The position numbers were made by a program, and so were the translations under genes. This document shows positions 22,328 through 32,656 of a DNA stretch of 64,000 nt, piece by piece. The stretch is from positions 23,793-87,792 of the IMG/VR virus record IMGVR_UViG_3300008267_000013. One strand, given 5' to 3'. The first letter of the stretch is position 1. Every line of letters begins with the position of its first letter. The notes under the pieces were generated by a model that worked only from the letters and a program-made list of their open reading frames with translations, was not told the DNA's origin and made no database searches. The DNA comes from a virus.

Positions 22328-23011
22328 AGCTCCATACAATAGAAATTGGTGATCTTGTTTCACACTGCGGCATACCAAAAACGCTTGGTGTAGCATACGA
22401 ACAAGTTGATTGTCCATCAAGTGCTTTTTATGCGGTACACTGGATTGTGCATCCTGACATTGACATGTACGGCGACTATGGTATAATCGACATCAAGTGG
22501 TTGAGGCCATTCAAACCTTGGCGTGGATTCTATAAGCGAGAAGATTAAGATGGGATGAACGTGGAATAACCACGATCAATATCGATGAAGAAGGATGGGA
22601 GTTTGTATAATGATTAAAAAACTTAAACAACTTTATTACAGATGGCTTAGAAGAGGAATGGTACCAGAAGATGAAGTTTATATTGTGTTGCGAAGACCAG
22701 ATGCAGAAATAGGGCTTGTTAATATAGAAAGTGTACATAAGACTCTAAAAAGTGCTATCTCTGGCCGCAATAGACTAATCCGCAATAGTGGCGATATTGA
22801 TGGTTACCAAATTGAAAGATATGGAATGTGGAGATCCTAAATGTCTCAAGGCACAAGCCTCTTCGTAACTTTCCTGTTCGTGTTCATTAATGGTATCATA
22901 GCAGGAATAGCAATAGCTGGCGCAGGAAAGTAGAAGAAGTTACTTGACAAGAAACAAGAAGTGAAGTATAGTAAGTCTACAACAACCGCCCTGCGGGGCA
23001 AGGAGAAAACA

Positions 23012-23254
23012 ATGGCTCGCTCAACTCGTAACACCCGTTCTACGGCTACTGCTTCAACCACCGGCAACGTACGCCGCAGCGCCAAGCGTAGCATCACCAA
23101 CTACACCTTCACCTATCAACGTGATCGTGTAAGCCGCCGTGCTGGCTCATCCTATCTAAACATTGCTCCACGGGGCGATGGGTCACCAGTTACGATGACT
23201 CTACAGGAGGCCCGCAGCCTATATAACTTCCTAGAGGCGGCACTAGGTCAGTAA
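23012..23254 (+). CDS. Small basic R/T/S-rich protein, probable nucleic-acid binder
   Basis: Own TTGACA-17-TATAGT promoter (22944), AGGAG RBS, downstream hairpin. Confidence 0.6.
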   Translation: MARSTRNTRSTATASTTGNVRRSAKRSITNYTFTYQRDRVSRRAGSSYLNIAPRGDGSPVTMTLQEARSLYNFLEAALGQ

Positions 23255-23337
23255 TCCTTAACCCGTAGTATAAAAGGAATATGAAGCGACACCCTGCTAC
23301 TTATACTAGCAGGGTGTTTGCTTAGGAGGACAGATGT

Positions 23338-23742
23338 ATGCAGGACACAGAAGAAAGTATAGCTCTTGCTAAAAAGCTATATGATAGATACCGTAGAATA
23401 TTCAAGAAACAAATTCATATAGATCACCACCCTGGCTGGTATCCTATAATAGAAGATCTAACACACGATTTATATGAGCTGTCGCTAGAATATTCAGAAG
23501 GCTCTATAAATGTGGAATGTGTACGCGATAAGATGGGTGGTTTAAGATATTATGTTGAGTATCATCTACCAGATGAAGAAATAATGGAGATTGAGAAACT
23601 TATAAGAAAGTATGAGAAACAGTCTCTAAAGACTTGCGAAGAGTGTGGCGAATCTGGTAGTATGTGTTCACCGAAGATCTTTTGGTTTGTAACACTTTGT
23701 GCTAAATGTAGAGAAAGATATGGGGATATAAATGGAAGCTAA
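23338..23742 (+). CDS. Hypothetical phage protein with C-terminal Zn finger
   Basis: GWYPII, DKMGGLRYY, CEECG...LCAKC. Confidence 0.65.
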   Translation: MQDTEESIALAKKLYDRYRRIFKKQIHIDHHPGWYPIIEDLTHDLYELSLEYSEGSINVECVRDKMGGLRYYVEYHLPDEEIMEIEKLIRKYEKQSLKTCEECGESGSMCSPKIFWFVTLCAKCRERYGDINGS

Positions 23743-24468
23743 GAACTATTTACTAATAGCTAGAAGCGGTGATGGTTTTATGCATGAGAAGGTTAATCTC
23801 ATGTGTGACGTAGAAACAGCAAAGTTAGTTTTGAAACTAATGATGCAGACCTCCCCTCGTCTAGTTAGAGGTGAGATTATCGATGGTAATAGGACTCATA
23901 TTGGCGATTTCTCTGTTAAGCCATCTGTATTTATATACCGTGATGGCGAAACATTTTCAGAAGAAATGAGTTGGCGATGATCAAGTTTAAGTATGAGAAG
24001 GGTGATATCGTTACTTTTACATTTGTGGAAGGCGCAACAACCTATAATAATGGTGTTGTAATCAACCGCTGGCAAACTGATGCAAAGCGCAAAGGTGGAA
24101 AGCGAGCAATTTATGAGATTGCAAGCATGAATCACTGCATGAACAGTTTCTCTATTGGAGAAAGCTGTATCTTAAAGAAGATTAGTGAATGAAATATAAG
24201 TGGTCGGCAGGCGATCTAGTAGAATTTATACCAGGAAATTATCTCTTTAGGGGTTATAATACCTCTTTCTGGCTTGAAGGGGCTGGTATAATATATGGTA
24301 TTGAGGATGATCATTACATTATAAGAGTGTACAATCTACGTAGAACATCTACTAAAAACCTTGCTACTTATGACATTGGTGAAACAATGATGAAACTACC
24401 TGCTAAAGATTGCGATATGCAGGAGTGTTTTAGATCTCTAGAGGACTAATTATAGCAGGAGGTCTGCT

Positions 24469-25065
24469 ATGTCCTTGATTTCTGAAGAACAGCTAAAAAA
24501 GATTTTTAAAAATTGCAAAGACGATAAAATTAAATTTTATTGTGATGCTTTCAATAAAGTATTTCCAATATATGAAATTAATACACCAAACCGTATTGCT
24601 GGTTTCCTTGGACAAGTTGCTGTTGAATCAGGTGAACTTAAATACGACGTAGAACTTCCATCTAAATGGAACAAAAAGAACCCTAAAGATCCTAAGGAGC
24701 CAATTGGTACGCTATATGAGGGCCGCGCCAACCTAGGCAATAAAACGCTTGGTGATGGCCCTAAGTTTATTGGCAGAGGTATATTACAGTTAACTGGTAG
24801 AGCAAACTACGAAACAATGTCTAAAAAACTAGGTTTAGATCTAGTTAATAGTCCAGAATTGGCAGCAACACCAGAAGTCTCTACTAAGATTGCATGCCAA
24901 TACTTCAAAGATAGGGGTTTATTATCTCTATGCGATGTATGGAACCTGGATGAAGTGACACGCCGCGTCAACGGTAATGCCAAGCTTCACCTAAAAGAAA
25001 GGATAGAATATTCAGAGCGGGCATTAAAAGTGTTAAAGGATAAGAAGGAGTATGCGAACTGTTAA
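24469..25065 (+). CDS. Glycoside hydrolase family 19 endolysin
   Basis: FLGQVAVES, YEGRANLGN...GDGPKFIGRGILQLTGRANY, TRRVNG; late motif upstream. Confidence 0.92.
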   Translation: MSLISEEQLKKIFKNCKDDKIKFYCDAFNKVFPIYEINTPNRIAGFLGQVAVESGELKYDVELPSKWNKKNPKDPKEPIGTLYEGRANLGNKTLGDGPKFIGRGILQLTGRANYETMSKKLGLDLVNSPELAATPEVSTKIACQYFKDRGLLSLCDVWNLDEVTRRVNGNAKLHLKERIEYSERALKVLKDKKEYANC

Positions 25066-25273
25066 AGGAAGAGCGACTGTTGCTGATGTAGTTGTGATGC
25101 TATTTGTAGTAATATTTGCATTAATTGTATTACTCGGAATACAATGTAAGAAGGTTGAGCGCACTGATCACCTATCTAATTGTTTAAAGGTATGCTATCC
25201 TAAAGACGTAGACGAAGATAGTTCTAGAATATATTGTCATTGTAAGGAGAATGTTGATGAGAGCGCAAAATAA
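25052..25273 (+). CDS. Membrane-anchored Cys-rich protein
   Basis: N-terminal TM; CLKVCYP...YCHCK. Confidence 0.6.
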   Translation: MRTVKGRATVADVVVMLFVVIFALIVLLGIQCKKVERTDHLSNCLKVCYPKDVDEDSSRIYCHCKENVDESAK

Positions 25274-25493
25274 AACGAAAACGAACCCTAAAGTAAATTA
25301 CTTAGGTATGCTCGTTATAACGTGGATTCTTATATTTATGACAATCCCATTCTTTTATCAGACTTGGAAAGAGCGAGCTGAGGCAAAGGCCCAGTTGACA
25401 GAATGTGAAAGAATGTGTTATCCTAGCCAAATCTTGGAAGACGGTGAAAATTATTGTTACTGTAAGCCATACGTGAAATCAAATCTTCCTTAG
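25251..25493 (+). CDS. Membrane-anchored Cys-rich protein, paralogue of 25052
   Basis: TM; CERMCYP...YCYCK. Confidence 0.6.
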   Translation: MLMRAQNKTKTNPKVNYLGMLVITWILIFMTIPFFYQTWKERAEAKAQLTECERMCYPSQILEDGENYCYCKPYVKSNLP

Positions 25494-26542
25494 AGGAATA
25501 ATAATGAATCCCAGGCAATTCTATCTTATCGTGGACAAGTGGGGTAATATAATTGCATATAGGGATTTTTCTTGGTCACCAAGTGATGTGTCACCATATA
25601 AAGTTATGCACTGGACAGGAATAGTATTTGTGGAGTGGAAGAAATAATGGTTCTTAAATATTTTTATCGTGTCTACGACACAGAAAGTGAGATACCGATG
25701 ATTCTTAATCCGTGTTATGTTGTTGTTGACAAAGATGGTGATTTTGTTGACGCCTCAAGCGCCAAACTGCCACCATCTGCTCTTGATCACGTTTTGGAAC
25801 GAGTCAATAGACAATTTCCAGAGAACAAACCATTTCGAGTTGTTAAATGGACAGGTAAAAGTTTTGTAGAACTAACTCCTGTAACTTAAAGGATTTAATA
25901 TAAATGTGGAATATTGCAGTTGTAAGTAAAACTAACAAAGATGATATTAAATGGTTTGTAAATGGATATGATGGCCGTCCGTTAAGATTTATAGAGTATG
26001 GTACAGCTGAACGTGAAGCTCTATATATGAATAACGGAACTGCTGGTGCAATATTTCTTGAAGATGATCTAGAATATCGTGTTATACTAGAACAGAAAGA
26101 AGCATGGTATGACAATTAGGAATAGCGCTATATGTTTAGAATGCAATACAGAAGTGGAGAGTAAACACCGCCATGACTACGTTAGATGCCCTTGTGGTAA
26201 TGTTGCTGTTGATGGCGGTAAGGATTACTTTAAACGTTCTGTACGAAACGTTGCAATGTTTAAAGACACAAGTATCTGTGAAGCCAGAGGGGACAATGGA
26301 ACTAACTGATAAACAATATTTTTGTTTTACAAACTATACATATGATAAAGAATTTTATGTTATGACCACAAATGCTTCCGAGACAGGTGAATGGGAAACA
26401 TGCGTATTTTGTAACGACCCAGTCACAGGTGTCAGGGACTTTGAAAGTTTGGTTGAGCAAATAAGATTCAATTCACAAGATGAAGCAAAACAAATGCATT
26501 CTGATGTTCTTTACAAGTGGAATACACTTGGAGTAGTTTAAA

Positions 26543-26866
26543 AATATAAATGGTAGTTGGCTTAATGGTAGCCATCTTTAATCAGTGAGACAAAATCCCG
26601 AGGCGTATGCTAGCAATCCAAATACTGGACAGAATGCGAAAGCCCCGAAAAATACTTCTTACGAACCCCGATAGAGTAAGAGGTTATTGTAACAACGGTG
26701 TTGTACGTTTAGTAGGGTAACTGTGGCTAGCTGAGAGGAGGCCCGGGTTGGGGAATGGGACAAATGGACTGACTGAACTAACCACTTCGTTTTAATTAAC
26801 AGGTGGAGCCGATAAAAAGGCCGATACAAGTCCATCTCTTAGGTGTAACAACAGGCCATTTATATT
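26543..26866 (+). ncRNA. Candidate ~320-nt structured non-coding RNA, family not recognised
   Basis: ORF-free, GC-richer; 11-bp closing helix AATATAAATGG/CCATTTATATT; several internal stems; terminator immediately after. Confidence 0.65.
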
Positions 26867-26867
26867 G

Positions 26868-26893
26868 CCCTCCTCGTAAGGGGAGGGTTTTTT
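26868..26893 (+). terminator. Rho-independent terminator after the ncRNA candidate
   Basis: CCCTCCTC-GTAA-GGGGAGGG-TTTTTT. Confidence 0.85.
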
Positions 26894-26938
26894 ATTGGTA
26901 GCTTGACTTGATATAGACTACCATGTAGAATGTACCCT

Positions 26939-27559
26939 ATGGAAAACAACATCGTTAACGATCCACAAATTAATGATCGACTCCAGCAGCTTCTACAGAA
27001 ACCATTAACTCCCAAGCATTTAAATGTAATAAAATCATTTAGTGATTTCTGGAGTAAGTATCAATATTTAACTATCAAGCAAGTTTCTTTTCTGGACAAT
27101 ATAGAATCAAGTTATAATGATGACTATAACTCTTGGAGAGCAAACTTCGGAGATGATAAAAAAGAACTACTAAAGATGGCGGTTAACTATTACCAAAATA
27201 GTCAGTATTTTATGGAGATTGTAAATAATTATTACATGGACAAAAATTACATTCCAACTCGTAGACAATACGAAAGAATGTGTGAGAATAAGTATGTAAA
27301 GCGAGCCATAGGATATTACAAGTCTAATCCATTATATGAATTGGGCGACATAATTACTCCTAGAGCTCGTTATCTTTATAAAATAAGCGATACTTTAACC
27401 GTAGGTATAATCAATAAAATTGGTGAACCTTCGTTTCTAAACGGAACCAGATTGTACGATGTAATGTGGTTAGGCGGAACAAAATTTTCTAAAATGTTTG
27501 AGAGAGAAATAAAAATTTACAGACACCCCAAAAAGGAGAAGAAAGATGGCACAACGTAA
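26939..27559 (+). CDS. Hypothetical protein with C-terminal SH3-like domain
   Basis: YELGDII...YDVMWLG; resembles the C-terminus of 43199-44098; TTGACT-17-TAGAAT promoter. Confidence 0.6.
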   Translation: MENNIVNDPQINDRLQQLLQKPLTPKHLNVIKSFSDFWSKYQYLTIKQVSFLDNIESSYNDDYNSWRANFGDDKKELLKMAVNYYQNSQYFMEIVNNYYMDKNYIPTRRQYERMCENKYVKRAIGYYKSNPLYELGDIITPRARYLYKISDTLTVGIINKIGEPSFLNGTRLYDVMWLGGTKFSKMFEREIKIYRHPKKEKKDGTT

Positions 27560-27787
27560 CATTACAGAAGATGGCAAATACTATGTTTCAACTTCTAGTT
27601 CTCAGCAAAACTGGGAGACCAAGGTGTTTATGATTGATAAGGATGGCAAGATGCTCTTTGATGTTGCTCTTGAGGAAAAGAATTATTCCAACGAACACGA
27701 GGCTGATGTTGGTCACAAGAAGGTTCTTGCAAAATGGTGTGGCAGAATCGACGCCGAGGAAGAGTTGGGTATAGGGGAAGGCGGTTA

Positions 27788-27973
27788 TTGATTTTGTTTG
27801 TTCCCGGTGATATTGTAGAGAAAAAATATAAACCATTTCGTCTTATAAGGCACTTTATGGTTGTCGAAGGTGAACATCCTTATTATAACTGTTATGATAT
27901 TGATAGTGAAAACTTCGTAAAAAATATCCTTCTTTCTAATACATTGTTGTGGAAAGTTGAAAAATTAGCCTAG
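27788..27973 (+). CDS. GD..KVA family protein
   Basis: FVPGDIV...EKLA; TTG start inferred. Confidence 0.6.
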   Translation: MILFVPGDIVEKKYKPFRLIRHFMVVEGEHPYYNCYDIDSENFVKNILLSNTLLWKVEKLA

Positions 27974-27982
27974 GTTTATAAT

Positions 27983-28210
27983 ATGTATAATACAGGTGAT
28001 ATTCTAGAAAGAATTATAATAAGTAACATAGATAGAATGAATCCTATATTTAGAGATGACAATATACATTTCTTGATAGTTGATAAAAGAGAATATTTTC
28101 TAGAAGTATCTGGCAAGTGTGCAGTTATTTACACACTTATGTCACTAAAGACCAATCAACATCACACAATCAGTTTGAGAGATACACGTAATTGGAAAAA
28201 AGTAGCATAA
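27983..28210 (+). CDS. GD..KVA family protein
   Basis: YNTGDIL...WKKVA. Confidence 0.7.
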   Translation: MYNTGDILERIIISNIDRMNPIFRDDNIHFLIVDKREYFLEVSGKCAVIYTLMSLKTNQHHTISLRDTRNWKKVA

Positions 28211-28226
28211 TAGGTGACACCATGAG

Positions 28227-28436
28227 ATGGAGCAGGAAGAAAAGATAAACGGAGTTGGCGATATAATAGTAGAATGTTATATGAATAGCGTTCGCGGCGA
28301 GCAACATTATATTATAATAGATCAAAACTATTATCAATATGAATTACTGCCACTAAATGCAGCCAATAAAGATTATCAATCATCGTTCCTGTTATTAAAA
28401 AGTACGGTTGTCATGTATTATATAAGAGTCGCTTAA
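28227..28436 (+). CDS. GD..KVA family protein
   Basis: VGDII...IRVA. Confidence 0.7.
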   Translation: MEQEEKINGVGDIIVECYMNSVRGEQHYIIIDQNYYQYELLPLNAANKDYQSSFLLLKSTVVMYYIRVA

Positions 28437-28825
28437 TGAGATATAACATAGGAGATGTTATAGAAGCAGATTATGTATCGCATAAGCAAATATATTACAT
28501 TAAAGATATAATAGCAGATGAATACATACTAAGAACAATAGATGGTGATTTACAAAGAGATCTTCATTGTCTGCTAACAAATGTTAGCAATATAACGTAC
28601 AAAAAGGTTGATATGTCGCTTACTAAAGATATGATGATATCAGTAGATTCAGAAATTCAATATTATAGCAACCAAGAACTAATTACTTATAATATATCAT
28701 ATACTGAATTAAACAATAAATATCCTAATTCTTATTTTAAATACAGAGTAGATCGTAGTACAGAAGAGCTATTAACCAGAGGATTAGAACCATCTGATGC
28801 CAGTAAAAGCAGAGGTGATAGTTAA
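28436..28825 (+). CDS. GD..KVA family protein extended past YKKVD (apparent fusion)
   Basis: YNIGDVI...YKKVD then a ~70-aa extension starting with Met. Confidence 0.6.
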   Translation: MRYNIGDVIEADYVSHKQIYYIKDIIADEYILRTIDGDLQRDLHCLLTNVSNITYKKVDMSLTKDMMISVDSEIQYYSNQELITYNISYTELNNKYPNSYFKYRVDRSTEELLTRGLEPSDASKSRGDS

Positions 28826-29000
28826 TGTAGGTGATATTATTAAAGTAAAGAGTGCTGAAACAGAATTCAGTGGCCTCTACCTAGTATTAGAAATAAAATC
28901 AACTCAAGGAATAAAAATATATAATCTGCAGGATCTAAGATTCCCAGACACATTCTGGACTTTTTTTAGCGATGATGATATATTGGAAATACTGGCGTAA
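28797..29000 (+). CDS. GD..KVA family protein
   Basis: VNVGDII...EILA. Confidence 0.65.
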   Translation: MPVKAEVIVNVGDIIKVKSAETEFSGLYLVLEIKSTQGIKIYNLQDLRFPDTFWTFFSDDDILEILA

Positions 29001-29003
29001 AAA

Positions 29004-29240
29004 ATGATGCCTTCACACGATAGATTAAGAGAAGTAAGATACGATGTGGGCGATCTTGTCAAACGTTATAATATGCTTGACTCGGATAAAGAGGCCACAT
29101 CATGCGTATATTTAATACTAGCTGTAAATATCGATGAAGAAGGTTGGGTCTGGTACTACTGCTACAGTTTCGGATCAGGTACATATCGTGAATTTTTGAT
29201 GGATGATAATTCCGCTCGTAAATATGTTAAATTAGCGTAG
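29004..29240 (+). CDS. GD..KVA family protein
   Basis: YDVGDLV...VKLA. Confidence 0.7.
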   Translation: MMPSHDRLREVRYDVGDLVKRYNMLDSDKEATSCVYLILAVNIDEEGWVWYYCYSFGSGTYREFLMDDNSARKYVKLA

Positions 29241-29252
29241 AAAAGAGGACAT

Positions 29253-29468
29253 ATGCGTAAATTTAAAGATGGTGATAAGGTATCTGTTAAATCGTGTGAA
29301 GAATTAGAGATGCCATGCAGCGTTGAGGGTCTTGATGATTGGATTCCAAAATTAACCTCTTTGGATGGTCGTACTATTTATATGTATAAAGTAACTGGTC
29401 GTCACGCAAAGCGCGGTAATGCAGTATCGGTTCGCGTATCAGAAAGTCAATTAGAACTTTGGAGTTAA
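29253..29468 (+). CDS. SH3-like small protein (divergent family member)
   Basis: KFKDGDKV...ESQLEL. Confidence 0.65.
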   Translation: MRKFKDGDKVSVKSCEELEMPCSVEGLDDWIPKLTSLDGRTIYMYKVTGRHAKRGNAVSVRVSESQLELWS

Positions 29469-29469
29469 T

Positions 29470-29655
29470 ATGAAAAGTTTTGAGTTGGGTGATATTGTAC
29501 ATGATTTTGAATATGACCAATATTATCTAATCACACACATTAAACAATCAGATACATATAAGTACCTGTATTCATTGATGGATTTAGAAGATTCATCAAG
29601 AGTTATAGGGGCATCACTAGCAAATCTTAAAAAATTATACAAGAAGGTAGCATAA
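29470..29655 (+). CDS. GD..KVA family protein
   Basis: FELGDIV...YKKVA. Confidence 0.7.
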   Translation: MKSFELGDIVHDFEYDQYYLITHIKQSDTYKYLYSLMDLEDSSRVIGASLANLKKLYKKVA

Positions 29656-29808
29656 AATGAGCTCCGAAAGATGGATAAGATTGATATTATCATCCATAGT
29701 TGGAGCAACTGCTTATGTAATTATAGCAGTTATATACACGCATTATAAAACTCACGATAAATATACGGTCTATAATAAGTCGCCGCTAACAATAGGGCCG
29801 TATAAAAA

Positions 29809-30030
29809 ATGAGCAACGAGCGAATATTTAAGCCGGGGGATATAATAAAGTATATACCAGACAAAGATAGCAAGATAAAAGAAGCCTTTGAACAGGAACT
29901 ATATATAGTTATATCAGCTGGTCCTTATATATTTGAAGAGGGTTTCCAAATGGTTGAAAAAATGCATCTGATATCTGGTGTTATACAGATGCGTCCCATA
30001 ATGATTAATAGATGGGAAATATTGGCTTGA
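29809..30030 (+). CDS. GD..KVA family protein
   Basis: FKPGDII...EILA. Confidence 0.7.
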   Translation: MSNERIFKPGDIIKYIPDKDSKIKEAFEQELYIVISAGPYIFEEGFQMVEKMHLISGVIQMRPIMINRWEILA

Positions 30031-30203
30031 AGTTTAGAGTAGGTGATATAATAAGAGCAATCAATAAATCAACTGGTATATATGTTCACTTCCTAATTTA
30101 TAGGATTGAAAAGTGGCACTATGTAGCTTACTGTATTGAAGATGGTATGCCAAGCGTATCAATCAGTCCAATATACGATAATGATTTTGAAAAGGTTGCT
30201 TAG
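30027..30203 (+). CDS. GD..KVA family protein
   Basis: FRVGDII...FEKVA; TTGA overlap. Confidence 0.7.
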   Translation: MKFRVGDIIRAINKSTGIYVHFLIYRIEKWHYVAYCIEDGMPSVSISPIYDNDFEKVA

Positions 30204-30254
30204 ATCAGTAAGTTGTGCTATAGTATTTAAACTAACTAACTCAAGGAGGAAAAT

Positions 30255-30479
30255 ATGAGCAAAGTTAGCATCGTACTAAGTATTGCCGTTGGATTGTGGT
30301 CAGCGACTGCTCTTGGAGTCGGTACCGCATGGTTGTTCAGTAGAACTAGACCAGTACAAGTTGTAAGACTCGACAATAACTGTGTAACTGTTCAGCAGGG
30401 TATGTTTCACCGACTAGAATGTTATAACAGCAATGTTCCACCTCATGATCCCGTGGAACAGATTGGTTATGCAGAGTAA
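30255..30479 (+). CDS. Small membrane protein inside the array
   Basis: AAGGAGG RBS, N-terminal hydrophobic helix, terminator at ~30503-30532. Confidence 0.7.
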   Translation: MSKVSIVLSIAVGLWSATALGVGTAWLFSRTRPVQVVRLDNNCVTVQQGMFHRLECYNSNVPPHDPVEQIGYAE

Positions 30480-30580
30480 TAATAAATAGATATAGCCAAT
30501 TCAGCGGCTGGTGTGTGAACACCAGCCGTTTTTATTATCTGCTTGACAACAAACATACGTTGACCTATACTATCAACACG

Positions 30581-30808
30581 ATGGATACACCACAGGTTGG
30601 CGACATATGGAAGAACAACTGGTCAAGTAACCTCAACACACATAATTGCGGCGAAACTCACTACCTATTGATAAAGAAGGTAGAGCCCGACAACTCCAAG
30701 GATACAAAGTGGGTAGCATTTTCTTATAAGAGATATAAGGAAGTACTCATCTATATTGATAACTATTCAAATGAGATAGTTACAAATAGTTTCACAAGGG
30801 TATCTTGA
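30581..30808 (+). CDS. GD..KVA family protein
   Basis: PQVGDIW...TRVS; TTGACA-17-TATACT promoter at 30543. Confidence 0.7.
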   Translation: MDTPQVGDIWKNNWSSNLNTHNCGETHYLLIKKVEPDNSKDTKWVAFSYKRYKEVLIYIDNYSNEIVTNSFTRVS

Positions 30809-30809
30809 T

Positions 30810-30992
30810 ATGCTATCATCAACTATAGAACCTGGTGACATCTGGAAGAATGATAACTCACAATTCCATAATATCATTATTGAACCCGACATCGTAAACC
30901 CTTGGTGGATTACATGGGTTATTGAATTGGGCGAATATAATCTCTATCATAAAGATGATTTTGATATGCGTTGGTGGAGGAAAGTAGCATGA
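30810..30992 (+). CDS. GD..KVA family protein
   Basis: IEPGDIW...WRKVA. Confidence 0.7.
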   Translation: MLSSTIEPGDIWKNDNSQFHNIIIEPDIVNPWWITWVIELGEYNLYHKDDFDMRWWRKVA

Positions 30993-31192
30993 GTAGCAGA
31001 GACGCAAAGTGGGATGTTGGCGATATTATCAGAGAAGAATGGGGTGACGAATCAAGGCATTTCCTAATAATGAGTGTATGTTTGTGGGAAACAAGTATTG
31101 ATACTTATGAGTGTCGTGTTTTAGAGACAGGACAAACCATGAACATAACTCCACATTATAGTCCACCAAACATGTTGAGAAAAGTCGCATGA
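30989..31192 (+). CDS. GD..KVA family protein
   Basis: WDVGDII...LRKVA. Confidence 0.7.
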   Translation: MSSRDAKWDVGDIIREEWGDESRHFLIMSVCLWETSIDTYECRVLETGQTMNITPHYSPPNMLRKVA

Positions 31193-31413
31193 GGACTCTT
31201 AAATTCAGCATCGGAGATATCATAACACGCGGCAAGCCACACCATGATATGTTCAAAGATAATTGGCGTAAGTTCTATCTTATACATGATATAATCTATG
31301 AAGAAGAGCAAAAAGAATATAGATATTGTTTATACAGTTTCCAAACAGGTTCTTGGAGCGGCTATTTCCCAGCAGGTGAACTTGTAGAACCTTTTCTATT
31401 CAAGGTAGCCTAA
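31189..31413 (+). CDS. GD..KVA family protein
   Basis: FSIGDII...FKVA. Confidence 0.7.
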   Translation: MRTLKFSIGDIITRGKPHHDMFKDNWRKFYLIHDIIYEEEQKEYRYCLYSFQTGSWSGYFPAGELVEPFLFKVA

Positions 31414-31592
31414 TGAATCCACAAGTTGGTGACATATGGAAGATAGGAGATCACTATCATTATCTTGTCTTAGAAGAGAGACTTGACTACTGGGGGGAGA
31501 AGCAGTATTATATGTACATCCTTGAGAGAGACATGTACGACTGCCTCTCATTAGATTTAATAGAGTGATGGAATGGTACAAAAGTGGTGTAA
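31413..31592 (+). pseudogene. GD..KVA family member with in-frame TGA
   Basis: MNPQVGDIW...LIE, TGA at 31566-31568, then WNGTKVV* abutting the next ATG. Confidence 0.65.
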
Positions 31593-31802
31593 ATGTCTAA
31601 ACCTCATCAAGTTGGTGATGTTGTCATGGTTGAAAATGACTGGATTGCTTATGAGAATGGTAGTTTGGTTTACGAAACAGGACAAAATCATTATCTTATA
31701 CTTGAACGCTGCGATTATACCTGTACCTATACAACGATTCATCTGCAAAGCGGCAAGCATATCCTTACAAGTATGTTAGATAACGCAACAAAGGTCGCCT
31801 AA
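31593..31802 (+). CDS. GD..KVA family protein
   Basis: HQVGDVV...ATKVA. Confidence 0.7.
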   Translation: MSKPHQVGDVVMVENDWIAYENGSLVYETGQNHYLILERCDYTCTYTTIHLQSGKHILTSMLDNATKVA

Positions 31803-32038
31803 TGGAACTCAAGAATATCCTACTTCTCGATAAAAACAAGAAAGTGTATTATACACATTATGAAGTTGGAGATATTCTTAGACACGAAGCAGAAATTAGT
31901 GCTCATTATCTGGTAGAAGATATACGCGTAGAAGATAATCTTGGAGTTTACTCGCTTAGAGTTCTTGAAAATAACGATATCTTTTCATGGGACGTAGAAA
32001 TAGTAGATAAAGCCCGCAAAATCAAGAGGGTCGCATGA
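31802..32038 (+). CDS. GD..KVA family protein
   Basis: YEVGDIL...IKRVA. Confidence 0.7.
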   Translation: MELKNILLLDKNKKVYYTHYEVGDILRHEAEISAHYLVEDIRVEDNLGVYSLRVLENNDIFSWDVEIVDKARKIKRVA

Positions 32039-32235
32039 TGGAACACCAATACGAGCCCGGTGATATTCTTGCAGTTGATGAACCTTGGTCCAATGAAACA
32101 TTTTATTACTTGATAGAGGGTGAGCTTGATTCTGTTCATGCGTACATGGAATTAATGTATCCTTACCGCTGTCTAAGTGATGGCAAGACAGGATGGGGTA
32201 AATTCAATGCGCCTTCAACAAGGAAAGTCGCATGA
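32035..32235 (+). CDS. GD..KVA family protein
   Basis: YEPGDIL...TRKVA. Confidence 0.7.
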   Translation: MMEHQYEPGDILAVDEPWSNETFYYLIEGELDSVHAYMELMYPYRCLSDGKTGWGKFNAPSTRKVA

Positions 32236-32417
32236 TGAATATGTTCCAAATAGGTGATATAGTAAAATGTACAACTACTAACATGATAGAACACATGCTC
32301 ATACTTGACACACAACCAGACTACTGGTATATTGTCCTGTGTCTAGAATCCGGCTTTACAAAAACACATAAGATGTGGCCGAATCAAATCCCAAGAGTAT
32401 ATATGAAGGTCGCATGA
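32232..32417 (+). CDS. GD..KVA family protein
   Basis: FQIGDIV...YMKVA. Confidence 0.7.
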   Translation: MMNMFQIGDIVKCTTTNMIEHMLILDTQPDYWYIVLCLESGFTKTHKMWPNQIPRVYMKVA

Positions 32418-32620
32418 TGTTTAAAACCAAGTATCAGATTGGCGACATTATCGAGGGTAGTCACATACCTGGCGCAAAAATACACCTGCTAATTGAAAAC
32501 ATTACCTATATGGGCAAGAAGCCATTTGAGTATTGTGTACGGAATCTTGAAGAAGATTTGATATATGAAAAGTCAGTAGAAAGAACCGATAAAAGTCTTT
32601 ATTACAACAAGGTTGGCTAG
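32414..32620 (+). CDS. GD..KVA family protein
   Basis: YQIGDII...YNKVG. Confidence 0.7.
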   Translation: MMFKTKYQIGDIIEGSHIPGAKIHLLIENITYMGKKPFEYCVRNLEEDLIYEKSVERTDKSLYYNKVG

Positions 32621-32656
32621 CTTGACAACCCTAACCTCTTGCGCTACTATACAACC

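Noticed and set aside
26543-26866. RNase P RNA, tmRNA or retron msr-msd
   Set aside because: Hallmark P4 or tRNA-like ends are absent, and no reverse transcriptase is in the window.
31566-31568. Genome-wide TGA or TAG recoding
   Set aside because: Long conserved genes are intact in the standard code, end at TGA/TAG at the expected positions, and no suppressor tRNA is seen.
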